This document shows positions 56,761 to 63,904 of a DNA stretch of 64,000 bases, one piece after another. The position numbers and the translations under genes are program-made. This DNA comes from Eledone cirrhosa (lineage: Eukaryota): NCBI GenBank assembly GCA_964016885.1, contig OZ024741.1, positions 368,714,001 to 368,778,000 on the forward strand, read 5' to 3'. Position 1 is the first letter of the stretch. The number at the start of each line of letters is the position of its first letter. The notes beneath the pieces were generated by a model. That model was not told the DNA's origin. It ran no database searches and worked only from the letters and a program-made list of their open reading frames with translations.

Positions 56761-59276
56761 CTATTTTGATTTCACATATTGTGTATCGTATATGATAAGC
56801 AGGTGTCAGGTCTGTCCCAGACATCAGCAATCCTGGCTCTAGTCTTTCCTGTTGTCAGAGTTCTGGATGAGGTCACTCTCTCACATCCTATTTTCATTGA
56901 TGTATTTGTTCAGGCTGTCTGTAAATGTTCTTTGTCATCCTTTCTCTTTCCAGCAATCATGTCACAAAAAAAAAATCAGCTTCTCCAAACTGTCTTCTGT
57001 TTATGTGGCCAAAGAATTCCAATTACCTCTTTCTAATAGTATGCACAAGAGATCTTTTCATGCCTGCTAGTCTTAGGACTTTATTGTATATAAGAAACAC
57101 AAATATTTTAAAAACATTAACTTACTTTTCTTTCTTCTGTTGAATTTCTTTCCCTAACTCATTGTGTTCTTGTAGCATACTCTCAGCTGCCTTGGAATCA
57201 CGAGGTTTTTGTGTGAATTTTAACTTGGATTCCATTATTTCAGCCCATGACAACTGAAATAAAATATCAAAAGTTCACAATACAATTCATCAAATATTTG
57301 AAACAGATTAATAAAACATCAAATGACTATAATCAAGGTTGATAGTTTTTCACATTTCAAATGTCTTCTGCCTTACTAAAACATGTCATAAATAGTGATT
57401 AATGATTAATATTTAAGTTTGATAAATTCATCTTCTATGTGAGTCAACTAGCAGAGTAAATACGGTATAATCTTGAAAGTCAATATATCAACAATTTATA
57501 TCTTGTCACTAATGTTGCACTATATTTCAGGAAAACATACTAGTTGTGATAGTCACTATAAAGAGATGGGTGGTAGACTCAAACAGTTGCCAGGTTTAAC
57601 ACTTTACCATATTTCTGCAGTGAAACCTATCCACACATTGGATAGGATGTTAAATAATGATTCTGGAGCCAAGGGTTGACTTTATCAGATCCACTCAAGA
57701 TTTGCCAAATCAACAACTACTCTTAAGAAAACGAAATACTTACAAGATCCTTCCCATCTTCTGCAAACTGATGTTGTGTAACAGAATCATCGAGTTCATT
57801 CTTTCTTTTTTGTACTTTATCCTGCAATGTACAAATAACTTAGTAACAATGATTATGAAATTTAGTCAGCATTTACATCTGGAACAGCTAAGGCTGATCA
57901 TATTAGCAAGTAATGACAAAAGAAAAAAGAAGGAAAGGACCTTTAACTCCTGATGGTGCCATGGGAATGCTATCCTGAACGCAGCATGTCTTGGGCATTT
58001 TAAACCTGGCAGACCTCATCTCTCTCGAGAAAGAGAAAGAAAGAGAGGAGTGAGTGAGAGAGAGGAAAAGAAAGAGACATAAAAAAAGATAGAATAGATC
58101 CCAGTACTGGAATGGTACTTTATCAAACTCAAAAGGATGAAAGGTGAGATTTAAACTCAAGAGTGCCAGAATATATACCGAGATATTTTATCTGATGCCC
58201 TAATAACTGCCAATTTTCTGCCTTATGACTACAGAAGCTATATATATTCCTTTGTGTAAACAGAGCCTAAATAATAAATTTCATTAGATTTGATATATGT
58301 ATGCATTTCATGGCTGTAGATCTTCTTAATCATGCGCACGTGGGGAAGTTGCCCAGGAGCCCAGTGAGCATAGGGGCCACATGTTAATCTATGTATGCTA
58401 GTCAGGAATAAAGTTGTAATCTGTTATAAACATTGAACTTAATTCAGTTACCTTTTAGGTAATTCTTTTTTCATGTCATATGTTTCCCAAGGAAAAGATA
58501 GACTAATAAAAGCATGTGAATATATTCTAAATTAGAGGTTTCTTTACCGAAAAGATAAAAGACAGGAAGACAAGCAAATACCGTGGCTTGTCCAACCACT
58601 GCCTCTTTGCACCAGTCACCATTGGGACCTCAGGTGACCTACAGCTGAGCTCCTCCGTAAAATAAAAACAGCAGCAACCTGTCTGAAGAAGGAGCCCTGT
58701 GAGGTGGGGTGGCTGTTGCAGCAGGTGTCACTGGCCATTGTCTGCGAAAATGCCTTTGCAGTTTTATCCGTGGGAGGCAGCTAAAACTCCGCTCCGACCT
58801 AGGTGTAGTGTCAACCTCTCCCCTTCCCCCTTTCTTGTTGCCTAATAGTCCTTGCTCTTACCATCATTTATGGCATTTATAGTCCTTTCCCTTACTTTCC
58901 TATACAGCCAGACCTGCCCTTTTTTACCCCTTCCCCATAATTTTGTTTTTATCCTTGTTCAACATTTCCATCATTGATTACTTTTGTTTTATGTAATAAA
59001 TTAATCATGTAGTTTCTAAATTTGAAGTGAAATACAACCGGAGTATATATAGACAGTGCAATCCTCTCAAAGTACGATAATAAATAGCTACAAATAACAA
59101 CAAAAAGATAAAACTATCTTTTGATGCATAAAATAAAATAGCAGCTGACAGAACAAATAACAATGAAGTTAGTTTTTAACACTGTTTCACTTACTTGTAA
59201 TGCTTTCCACTGCCTCTCTACTTTACTCTGTATTTGGTCAACATAATCCTTTTCATTGGGGTATGCAGAACGGACA
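1574..59276 (-). CDS. SPTBN5: Beta-heavy spectrin (SPTBN5/karst-like), internal part: 34 exons, ~1522 aa of spectrin repeats; both ends outside the window
   Basis: All 34 exons have GT/AG boundaries and matching phases and join without a stop. Recurrent spectrin motifs (W-I-x-E-K, D-Y-G-K-D/N, KKHQAFEAE). The order of segments IPDDIGRD..FENDLMALEAQLQVL, KLQKHQAF, RGKGLE, GRDYEHC, RVDENRI, WRKLQGALNNYR matches my recollection of Drosophila karst; orthology needs BLAST/phylogeny. Confidence 0.9.
1950..3085 (-). mobile_element. RTE-clade LINE fragment (decayed RT C-terminal half and 3' end)
   Basis: Minus-strand peptides LLYAHD (YADD-like) and VKCQLYDACVQSVMLHG.E.WAV..LERNEISML; many stops and frameshifts. 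Confidence 0.75.
3275..3376 (-). CDS. SPTBN5: spectrin exon (VNWSNNMATQINK...LQLHHERK)
   Basis: TAG/GTTAGT, 102 nt. Confidence 0.9.
4249..4309 (-). CDS. SPTBN5: spectrin exon (KAKLADSYELQKFLTDANES)
   Basis: CAG/GTAAGT, 61 nt, phase 2 to 0. Confidence 0.9.
4745..5355 (+). mobile_element. RTE LINE 3' end with (GAT)n tail
   Basis: RLRWYGHVMRM and GRPRKTWD motifs; 3' UTR with GTTAGGAAGGGCATCCAG; GATGAT tail. Confidence 0.8.
5490..5685. repeat. degenerate ~65-bp tandem repeat, 3 copies
   Basis: Recurring CCCAGTGAAACATCC..GATATGACAGCTGGAAG. Confidence 0.65.
5943..6167. mobile_element. TTAA MITE family A
   Basis: TTAACCCTTTA...AATGCTAAAGGGTTAA. Confidence 0.8.
6500..6770 (+). mobile_element. RTE (Expander-like) LINE 3' end, second family
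   Basis: LLLRIERSQLQYYGHVVRMSQERIARQILWTKPTGRRPRGR; copies at 14740, 23860, 33645, 41490, 46245. Confidence 0.75.
6926..7162. mobile_element. TTAA MITE family A with internal (GAT)n tract, ending 19 nt from an exon boundary
   Basis: TTAACTCTTTAGCATT...AATGCTAAATGGTTAA. Confidence 0.75.
7182..7303 (-). CDS. SPTBN5: spectrin exon (KLEKHAHKLQQTYP...SWQDLQKLLQKR)
   Basis: TAG/GTAAAT, 122 nt, phase 0 to 2. Confidence 0.92.
7411..7689 (-). mobile_element. candidate solo LTR
   Basis: On the minus strand begins TGTAGCAG, contains TATAAAA (7580-7586) and ends TGTCA; GC-richer than flanks; no clean TSD. Confidence 0.35.
8150..8470. repeat. 42-bp minisatellite, ~7 copies
   Basis: Unit GCTATAGTTGACAGCCTTGAGATAAACATGTCTCTGAGCTGA; explains the 14-aa repeat ORF 8105-8428. 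Confidence 0.85.
8880..9769 (+). mobile_element. RTE LINE 3' portion with (GAT)n tail
   Basis: SLETVDSFCY.G, RTRWKKFRELLPLL, RLR.YGHVM motifs; shared 3' UTR. Confidence 0.8.
9932..10045 (-). CDS. SPTBN5: spectrin exon (EVQLSTDDYGKNLAAVQ...ESDIK)
   Basis: CAG/GTTTGT, 114 nt. Confidence 0.93.
10703..10817 (-). CDS. SPTBN5: spectrin exon (WRKLQGALNNYR...FNRDVNDVTERIKEK)
   Basis: CAG/GTAAAT, 115 nt, phase 2 to 0. Confidence 0.93.
10955..11416 (+). mobile_element. RTE LINE 3' end, tail ~40 nt from an exon donor
   Basis: RRPKKTWDEVI, 3' UTR, (GAT)n. Confidence 0.8.
11457..11554 (-). CDS. SPTBN5: spectrin exon (GIRVDENRIQSISDLADKLNAEARDKRDYMIK)
   Basis: TAG/GTAAGA, 98 nt, phase 0 to 2. Confidence 0.88.
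11640..13055 (+). mobile_element. RTE LINE fragment (RT N-terminal part, internally deleted)
   Basis: MKNGKAVGPS..EILKA, YKGKGDALE, QFGFM..RST, KPLYLTFV.L.KAFDRVP in ORFs 12143 and 12405. Confidence 0.85.
13386..13472 (-). CDS. SPTBN5: spectrin exon (EILVNAGDKGRDYEHCLELLKKVNNQDAA)
   Basis: CAG/GTAAGT, 87 nt. Confidence 0.92.
14740..15135 (-). mobile_element. RTE (Expander-like) 3' end
   Basis: Reverse copy of the 6500 family with (GAA)n tail. Confidence 0.75.
15253..15441 (-). CDS. SPTBN5: spectrin exon (NGEALIKK...RGKGLE...NAWMREK)
   Basis: CAG/GTAATG, 189 nt. Confidence 0.93.
15715..15837. repeat. 123-bp imperfect palindrome (hairpin)
   Basis: Arms ATTATAAAGA...AGCTAGTTCCAGA and TCTGGAACTAGCT...TCTTTATAAT. 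Confidence 0.85.
16171..16340. mobile_element. hAT-type MITE
   Basis: TIR CAGTACTGGATTTA / TAAATCCGGCACTA; 8-bp TSD CCTCCTGG / CCTTCTGG. Confidence 0.7.
16458..16616 (-). CDS. SPTBN5: spectrin exon (IESWMDDK...KLQKHQAFVSEI...KTKQ)
   Basis: CAG/GTCTGT, 159 nt. Confidence 0.93.
17077..17263. mobile_element. TTAA MITE family A nested in a family B copy
   Basis: TTAACCCTTTAGCATT...ATGCTAAAAGGTTAA interrupts the host at CCATTTTAA. Confidence 0.75.
17430..17640. mobile_element. TTAA MITE family A
   Basis: TTAACCCTTTAACATT...ATGCTAAAGGGTTAA. Confidence 0.8.
17750..17840 (-). CDS. SPTBN5: spectrin exon (RKSIKTQCNARKENLQNSLAYFRFKRDQDE)
   Basis: CAG/GTAATT, 91 nt, phase 2 to 0. Confidence 0.9.
17960..18780 (-). 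mobile_element. RTE LINE RT fragment
   Basis: NYRDIKLMDQIMKVSERI, DLEKAFDRVP, VHQDS.L, ELLYDDDL on the minus strand, disrupted. Confidence 0.8.
19121..19453 (+). mobile_element. full-length tRNA-derived SINE with CORE-like middle and RTE-derived tail
   Basis: A box TGGCTTAGTGG, B box GAGTTCAATTC, CCTTGAGCAAGAGACTTTA, LINE-shared 3' part; very similar reverse copy at 62284-62631. Confidence 0.85.
19515..19991 (+). mobile_element. RTE LINE 3' end
   Basis: GRPRKTWDDLI, same UTR as the 4745 copy, (GAT)n. Confidence 0.8.
20085..21200 (-). mobile_element. RTE LINE APE-endonuclease region, decayed
   Basis: VIEVVR.CNRIIKLRL, GAKLLEFC...CNMNFRKPASHLIT, QIDYIL, QHRLV motifs. Confidence 0.8.
21316..21410 (-). 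CDS. SPTBN5: spectrin exon (LENVKCQAKELLK...ETVIER)
   Basis: CAG/GTAATA, 95 nt, phase 0 to 2. Confidence 0.87.
21909..22225. mobile_element. hAT (Charlie-like) MITE
   Basis: CAGAGGTTCTCAAAGT...AAGTTTTAAAACCTG; 8-bp flanks ATATATAT on both sides. Confidence 0.65.
22329..22433 (-). CDS. SPTBN5: spectrin exon (AYLNNSDYGMNVEAAEALARKHAAFENLVVAQDEK)
   Basis: CAG/GTGTGT, 105 nt. Confidence 0.93.
22667..22810. repeat. 67-bp-arm inverted repeat, 10-nt spacer, 1 mismatch
   Basis: 22667-22733 is the reverse complement of 22744-22810. Confidence 0.92.
23519..23767. mobile_element. TTAA MITE family B
   Basis: TTAACCCTTTTGATACC...TAGTAACAAAAAGATTAA. Confidence 0.7.
23860..24210 (+). mobile_element. RTE (Expander-like) 3' end, ~30 nt from an exon donor
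   Basis: RIQVDEMGFLDRV, YYGHVVRM, GRRPR motifs. Confidence 0.75.
24240..24389 (-). CDS. SPTBN5: spectrin exon (IQNKIDQVL...FLRDTNQLNRIASSQE)
   Basis: TAG/GTAAGG, 150 nt. Confidence 0.92.
24523..25050. repeat. 19-bp minisatellite (CTCAGCAGAGAGGCACAGC)n
   Basis: More than 20 tandem units with graded variants; explains ORFs 24496 and 24519. Confidence 0.95.
25480..25683 (-). CDS. SPTBN5: spectrin exon (VRELLGWASEIE...EHYAKTE)
   Basis: AAG acceptor, GTAAAG donor, 204 nt. Confidence 0.92.
25742..26316. mobile_element. TTAA MITE family B interrupted by an RTE/SINE 3' tail (25928-26280, minus)
   Basis: Family B head at 25742 and terminus GTAACAAAAGGGTTAA at 26316; internal reverse (GAT)n-tailed repeat. 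Confidence 0.65.
26469..26653 (-). mobile_element. tRNA-derived SINE with Meta-like domain and 16-bp TSD
   Basis: TSD ACAATATGTTTATAAT at 26453-26468 and 26654-26669; minus-strand core GACTTTGCCTTTCATCCTT..GGGGTCGATAAAATAAAGTACCAGT; copies at ~16635, 28735, 34400, 34628, 49490, 50085, 58095. Confidence 0.85.
27600..28110 (+). mobile_element. CRE-clade non-LTR retrotransposon 3' end, restriction-like endonuclease domain still open
   Basis: ORF 27612-28073: EPAGLSRGNGKRPDGLTLRPW.RGR..IWDATV.D, EQNKIRKY, FQPVVFES, WLF..FS.TI..GN. Confidence 0.82.
28495..28677 (-). CDS. SPTBN5: spectrin exon (LQVLMDDSSHL...YHRFQAS)
   Basis: CAG/GTAAGT, 183 nt. Confidence 0.93.
29227..29520. mobile_element. foldback-type MITE with ~120-130-bp inverted arms
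   Basis: GTTATATTTGGGGATGGTC...CTGTGACCTC and GAGGTCACAG...GACCATTCCCAAATATAAC. Confidence 0.8.
29671..29758. repeat. perfect palindrome, 43-bp arms, 2-nt centre, inside a family B MITE (29626-29908)
   Basis: AATAATTATAGTAAATCCCTCTAAATTCTTCATTAATAAATAC-AA-reverse complement. Confidence 0.95.
30516..30728. mobile_element. TTAA MITE family A
   Basis: TTAACCCTTTAGCATT...TAAAGGGTTAA. Confidence 0.8.
30912..31022 (-). CDS. SPTBN5: spectrin exon (NKQSSIPDDIGRD...FENDLMALEAQ)
   Basis: CAG/GTACAA, 111 nt. Confidence 0.93.
31963..32077 (-). CDS. SPTBN5: spectrin exon (DSWNQLL...HRFSRDVTDALDRIQ)
   Basis: TAG/GTAAAC, 115 nt, phase 2 to 0. Confidence 0.93.
33030..33342. mobile_element. TTAA MITE family B with triplicated terminus
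   Basis: AAAAGGGTTAA ends at 33233, 33293 and 33342. Confidence 0.75.
33645..33965 (-). mobile_element. RTE (Expander-like) 3' end
   Basis: Reverse copy of the 6500 family. Confidence 0.75.
34143..34288 (-). CDS. SPTBN5: spectrin exon (ALQGKFDEFKWNIEAGAERF...QEGL)
   Basis: CAG/GTAAGT, 146 nt, phase 0 to 2. Confidence 0.92.
34400..34835 (-). mobile_element. tandem pair of Meta-like SINEs
   Basis: Two head-to-tail copies of the 26469 family. Confidence 0.8.
35253..35435 (-). CDS. SPTBN5: spectrin exon (DGLFDMLNKLK...EYGEDYEHFE)
   Basis: TAG/GTAAGT, 183 nt. Confidence 0.93.
35678..36303. repeat. 34-bp minisatellite built from TACAR pentamers, ~18 copies
   Basis: Unit TACAGCCAGTACAGTACAGTACAATACAATACCC; explains ORF 35647. 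Confidence 0.95.
36779..37009 (-). CDS. SPTBN5: spectrin exon (YLSEVAEVTAWIN...DYGKDE...IRKTQ)
   Basis: AAG acceptor, GTTTGA donor, 231 nt. Confidence 0.9.
37094..37431. mobile_element. Tigger/pogo-like MITE
   Basis: TA-CAGTGGAACATCGGTTCAC...GTTCATGAACTGAGGTA, degenerate TIR. Confidence 0.55.
38377..38577 (-). CDS. SPTBN5: spectrin exon (KLGVEIQGHQPLI...SLQTQK)
   Basis: TAG/GTATGA, 201 nt. Confidence 0.93.
38779..39770 (+). mobile_element. non-autonomous Helitron
   Basis: Inserted between A (38778) and T (39771); 5' TCTATATATATAAAA; (GTCT)n; 3' hairpin CCCGAGCAACGCCGGG then CTAG; no TSD. Confidence 0.85.
39211..39465. repeat. 37-bp minisatellite inside the Helitron
   Basis: Unit AGGCGTGCAGACAGACAGTCGTGCAGAGAGGTGATAT, ~6-7 copies. 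Confidence 0.92.
41490..41850 (+). mobile_element. RTE (Expander-like) 3' end with A-rich tail
   Basis: YYGHVVRMSQERI; ORF 41652 DNILELGWSHLGIQPDQLEMVASDRTHWK. Confidence 0.78.
41930..42116 (-). CDS. SPTBN5: spectrin exon (LKNLEPKF...LLWIKEK...NYGKNL...TKHQ)
   Basis: CAG/GTATAT, 187 nt, phase 2 to 0. Confidence 0.93.
42370..42660 (+). mobile_element. CRE-clade 3' fragment (second subfamily)
   Basis: GVLGPWITSLL..IRA.LAACRCKPWEVEWLF*HVSLAFIQRNVFSIVS. Confidence 0.7.
42797..42927 (-). CDS. SPTBN5: spectrin exon (NLENEKIVVEENLK...NEANIK)
   Basis: CAG/GTAAGA, 131 nt, phase 0 to 2. Confidence 0.88.
43660..43749 (-). CDS. SPTBN5: spectrin exon (VSITELGNKVTCEDVGSDLRNCKDLLKKHQ)
   Basis: TAG/GTTTGT, 90 nt. 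Confidence 0.9.
44255..44412 (+). mobile_element. CRE-clade 3' fragment
   Basis: VEPVAVETS and, after a frameshift, IRAELAACRCKPWEVGWLFQCVSFAI. Confidence 0.7.
44659..44832 (-). CDS. SPTBN5: spectrin exon (DGKDMLGEGHENSKEI...NIDESI)
   Basis: CAG/GTAAGT, 174 nt. Confidence 0.92.
44925..45136 (+). mobile_element. RTE/SINE 3' tail
   Basis: CCACACTGTAAAGTGG units, GGAAGAGCATCCAG, (GAT)n. Confidence 0.7.
45660..45990 (+). mobile_element. probable Penelope-like element remnant with decayed hammerhead ribozyme
   Basis: WKYLRPVKP..NTK / CNTC / FSDSK / LTL resemble a GIY-YIG C-terminus; TATTC-C-CCGATGA-GAGTCTTTTAGACA-GAAAC-AATT-AT-GAATA at 45912-45954. Confidence 0.5.
46245..46520 (-). mobile_element. 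RTE (Expander-like) 3' end
   Basis: ORF 46368: RESLQIELLLFRYYGHVVRI. Confidence 0.75.
46860..47003 (-). CDS. SPTBN5: spectrin exon (LTDWIKNK...KHQAFEAELKANTEWLQSLNK)
   Basis: CAG/GTATGT, 144 nt. Confidence 0.93.
48939..49062 (-). CDS. SPTBN5: spectrin exon (IRKRKEQILQHR...EFKRNADE)
   Basis: CAG/GTGAGT, 124 nt, phase 2 to 0. Confidence 0.9.
51303..51442 (-). CDS. SPTBN5: spectrin exon (ETLDDVVRQIREHELF...NHPDSDH)
   Basis: TAG/GTAAGT, 140 nt, phase 0 to 2. Confidence 0.9.
52015..52092 (-). CDS. SPTBN5: spectrin exon (NFNKEADYMDYLNSGNEALLEVSGKP)
   Basis: CAG/GTATGT, 78 nt. Confidence 0.87.
52345..52455 (+). mobile_element. short CRE 3' fragment matching 28013-28112
   Basis: TAGCCTCACCATCACTTGTGGTAATG...GTTGGCTTGCCTCAAAGTGT shared with the 27600 copy. 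Confidence 0.75.
53658..53805 (-). CDS. SPTBN5: spectrin exon (FRELENLKMPGGH...DDMTLQ)
   Basis: Long poly-T tract plus CAG acceptor, GTATCT donor, 148 nt, phase 2 to 0. Confidence 0.9.
54410..54705 (-). mobile_element. tRNA-derived SINE (CORE-like), older family
   Basis: Minus strand ATGTGGCTTAGTGGTTAGGGTG..GAGTTCAAT..GTCCTTAAGCAAGATACTTTA; related copies at ~25290, 38220, 45240, 47620, 48150, 51745. Confidence 0.7.
54803..55960 (-). mobile_element. RTE LINE 3' end with expanded internal minisatellite
   Basis: ORF 55670 MRMKDDSCIKK..GRPRKTWD; 3' UTR; (GAT)n tail. Confidence 0.85.
55012..55572. repeat. 46-bp minisatellite, ~12 copies
   Basis: Unit AGTGTGGACTTGGTGCATTTTGTCATGACACCTACATGACCTCTTT. 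Confidence 0.95.
56323..56723 (-). mobile_element. RTE LINE 3' end (short-UTR subfamily)
   Basis: Minus strand RRLERNEASMLRWMCNV, RRLRWY.HVMHM, GRPRKTWAEVV; tail GTCCCACCCTTGCAAGCAGGGAAAAGCGGA. Confidence 0.82.
57126..57253 (-). CDS. SPTBN5: spectrin exon (LSWAEIMESK...EIQQKKEK)
   Basis: CAG/GTAAGT, 128 nt, phase 0 to 2. Confidence 0.9.
57744..57821 (-). CDS. SPTBN5: spectrin exon (DKVQKRKNELDDSVTQHQFAEDGKDL)
   Basis: CAG/GTAAGT, 78 nt, in frame. Confidence 0.88.
58545..58810 (+). mobile_element. CRE-clade 3' fragment
   Basis: DRKTSKYRGLSNHCLFAPVTIGTSG and EVGWLLQQVSLAIVCENAFAVLSVGGS*; a reverse remnant of its end lies at ~32400-32460. Confidence 0.75.
59195..59276 (-). CDS. SPTBN5: spectrin exon (VRSAYPNEKDYVDQIQSKVERQWKALQ)
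   Basis: CAG acceptor, GTAAGT donor, 82 nt, phase 2 to 0. Confidence 0.85.
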
Positions 59277-59367
59277 CTGAATTAAAATAAGAAATAATTG
59301 TTGGAGTAACAAAAACTCTCAGATAAATTTTGACTGAATTATTTCTTATATTGATTTTAATAAATGT

Positions 59368-59565
59368 TTAACACTTTAGCATTTACAGTACTCTATATTT
59401 ATTATATTTTCATGGTAAAGGCTTTACCTCACATAATATCGAATTTGAAATGTTGATATTTATTTTGAGAATAATACCTTAACATCAATATGAGTGGTCA
59501 GCTACAGCTGGTTTGAAAAAAAGAGTTCAGAGAATTCTAGCCAGAAATGGCCAGTTTACATGCTA
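59368..59565. mobile_element. TTAA MITE family A truncated in its right TIR by the microsatellite array
   Basis: TTAACACTTTAGCATTTAC...GGCCAGTTTACATGCTA followed directly by TATATATAC... Confidence 0.75.
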
Positions 59566-59610
59566 TATATATACATATACACATACATATATACATACAT
59601 ATATACATAC

Positions 59611-59673
<63 letters not shown>

Positions 59674-60570
59674 CATATATACATACATATATATACATAT
59701 ATACATACATATATATACATATATACATACATATATACATACATATATACATACATATATACATACATATATACATACATATATACATACATATATACAT
59801 ACATATATACATACATATATATATATACATATATACATACATATATACATACATATATATATACATATATACATACATATATATATACATATATACATAC
59901 ATATATATATACATATATATATACATATATACATACATATATATATACATATATATATACATACATATATACATACATATATACATACATATATATATAC
60001 ATACATACATACATACATATATACATACATATATATATACATACATATATATATACATACATATATATATATACATACATATATACATACATACATATAT
60101 ACATACATACATATATACATACATATATACATATATACATACATATATACATACATATATACATATATACATACATATATATATACATATATACATACAT
60201 ATATATATACATATATACATACATATATACATACATATATACATATATATATACATATATACATACATATATATATACATATATATATACATATATATAT
60301 ACATATATACATACATATATACATACATACATATATACATACATATATACATACATATATACATACATATATACATACATACATATATACATACATATAT
60401 ACATACATACATATATACATACATATATAGACATACATATATAGATACGTATATACGTATATATATACATATATATATATATATACATATATATACGTAT
60501 ATACATATATATATATATACGTATATATATATATACATATATATACGTATATACATATATATATATATAC

Positions 60571-60606
<36 letters not shown>

Positions 60607-60726
60607 GTATATATATATATATATACGTATATATATATATATACGTATATATATATATATATATACGTATATATATATATATATACGTATATATATATAT
60701 ATATACGTATATATATATATATATAC

Positions 60727-60766
<40 letters not shown>

Positions 60767-61135
60767 GTATATATATATATACGTATATATATATATATAT
60801 ATGTACGTATATATATATATATATATGTACGTATATATATATATATATATGTACGTATATATATATATATATATACGTATATATATATATATATATACGT
60901 ATATATATATATATACGTATATATATATATATATATATACGTATATATATATATATACGTATATATATATATATATATATATACGTATATATATATATAT
61001 ATATATATACGTATATATATATATACGATATATATATATATATATACGTATATATATATATATACGTATATATATATATATATATACGTATATATATATA
61101 TATATATACGTATATATATATATATATATATATAC

Positions 61136-61167
<32 letters not shown>

Positions 61168-61327
61168 GTATATATATATATATATATATATATACGTATA
61201 TATATATATATACATATATACATATACGTATATATATATATACATATATACATATATATACATATACATATACATATATACATATATATACATATACATA
61301 CATATATACATATATATATATACATAT

Positions 61328-61360
<33 letters not shown>

Positions 61361-61531
61361 ACGTATATATATATATATACATATACGTATATATATATAT
61401 ACATATATACATATACGTATATATATATATACATATATACATATACGTATATATATATATACATATATACATATATATACATATATATATACATATAATA
61501 TACATACATATATACATACATATATATATAC

Positions 61532-61562
<31 letters not shown>

Positions 61563-61981
61563 CATACATATATACATATATACATATATATGACATATAT
61601 ATATATACATACATATATATATACATATATATACATATATATATATACATATACATATATATATATACATACACATATTATATATACATACATATATACA
61701 TATATACATATATATATATACATATATATATATACATACATAATATATATACATACATATATATATATATACATATATACATATATATACATATATATAT
61801 ATATACATATATACGTATATATATATATATACATATATACATATATATACATATATATATATACATATATATACATATATATATATATACATATATATAC
61901 ATATATATATATATACGTATATATACATATATATATAACGTATATATATATACGTATATATATATAGTATATATATATACG

Positions 61982-62023
<42 letters not shown>

Positions 62024-63863
62024 CGTATATATATATATATATATACGTATATACATATATATATATATATATACGTATATACATATATATATATATATAC
62101 GTATATACATATATATATATATACGTATATACATATATATATATATACGTATATACATATATATATATATACGTATATACATATATATATATATATACGT
62201 ATATACATATAATATATATATATATATACGTATATACATATATATATATATATACGTATATACATATATATATATATATACGTATCATCATCATCATCAT
62301 CATTTCATTTTAACGTCTGCTTTTCCCTGCTTGCAAGGGTGGGACGGGAACTGATGCTGGCTTGATTTCTACAGCTGGATGCCCTTCCTAACACCAACCT
62401 CATTTACAGTGAGTGCTGGGTGCTTTTTGCCGTGGCACCTGCACGACCACTTTGCAGTGGAATGATAGGGGACCCCAGTCCCTATCATCTCATTTCTACA
62501 GCTGAGTAAACTGGAGCAATGTGAAATAAAGTGTCTTGCTCAAGGAAACAACACATAACCCGGTCTGAGAATTGAACTCACAACCTTTCGATTGCAAGGC
62601 CACTGCTCTAACCACTAAGCCATGTGCCTCCATACGTATATACATATATATATATATACGTATATACATATATATATATATACGTATATACATATATATA
62701 TATATACGTATATACATATATATATATATACGTATATACATATATATATATATATATACGTATATACATATATATATATATACGTATATACATATATATA
62801 TATATATACGTATATACATATATATATATATACGTATATACATATATATATATATATACGTATATACATATATATATATATACGTATATACATATATATA
62901 TATATATACGTATATACATATATATATATACGTATATACATATATATATATATACGTATATACATATATATATATATATACGTATATACATATATATATA
63001 TATACGTATATACATATATATATATATACGTATATACATATATATATATATACGTATATACATATATATATATTATACGTATATACATATATATATATAC
63101 GTATATACATATATATATATATACGTATATACATATATATACGTATATACATATATATTATATATACGTATATACATATATATACGTATATACATATATA
63201 TATATACGTATATACATATATATATATATATACGTATATACATATATATATATATACGTATATACATATATATATATATACGTATATACATATATATATA
63301 TATACGTATATACATATATATATATATACGTATATACATATATATATATATACGTATATACATATATATATATATACGTATATACATATATATATATACG
63401 TATATAACATTATATATATATATACGTATATACATATATATATATATACGTATATACATATATATATATATACATATATATATACAAATATATATACATA
63501 TACATATACATATATATACTATATATATATAATATATATACGTATATATATATACATATATATATATACATATATATATACATACATATATATATATACA
63601 TAACATATATATATATACATACATATATATATACATACATATATATATATACATATATACATACATACATATATATATACATACATATATATATACATAC
63701 ATACATATATATATACATACATATATATATACATACATATATATACATATATATATATACATATATATATATACATATATATATACATATATATATATAC
63801 ATATATATATACATATATATATATACATATATATATATACATATACATATATATATATACATA

Positions 63864-63904
<41 letters not shown>

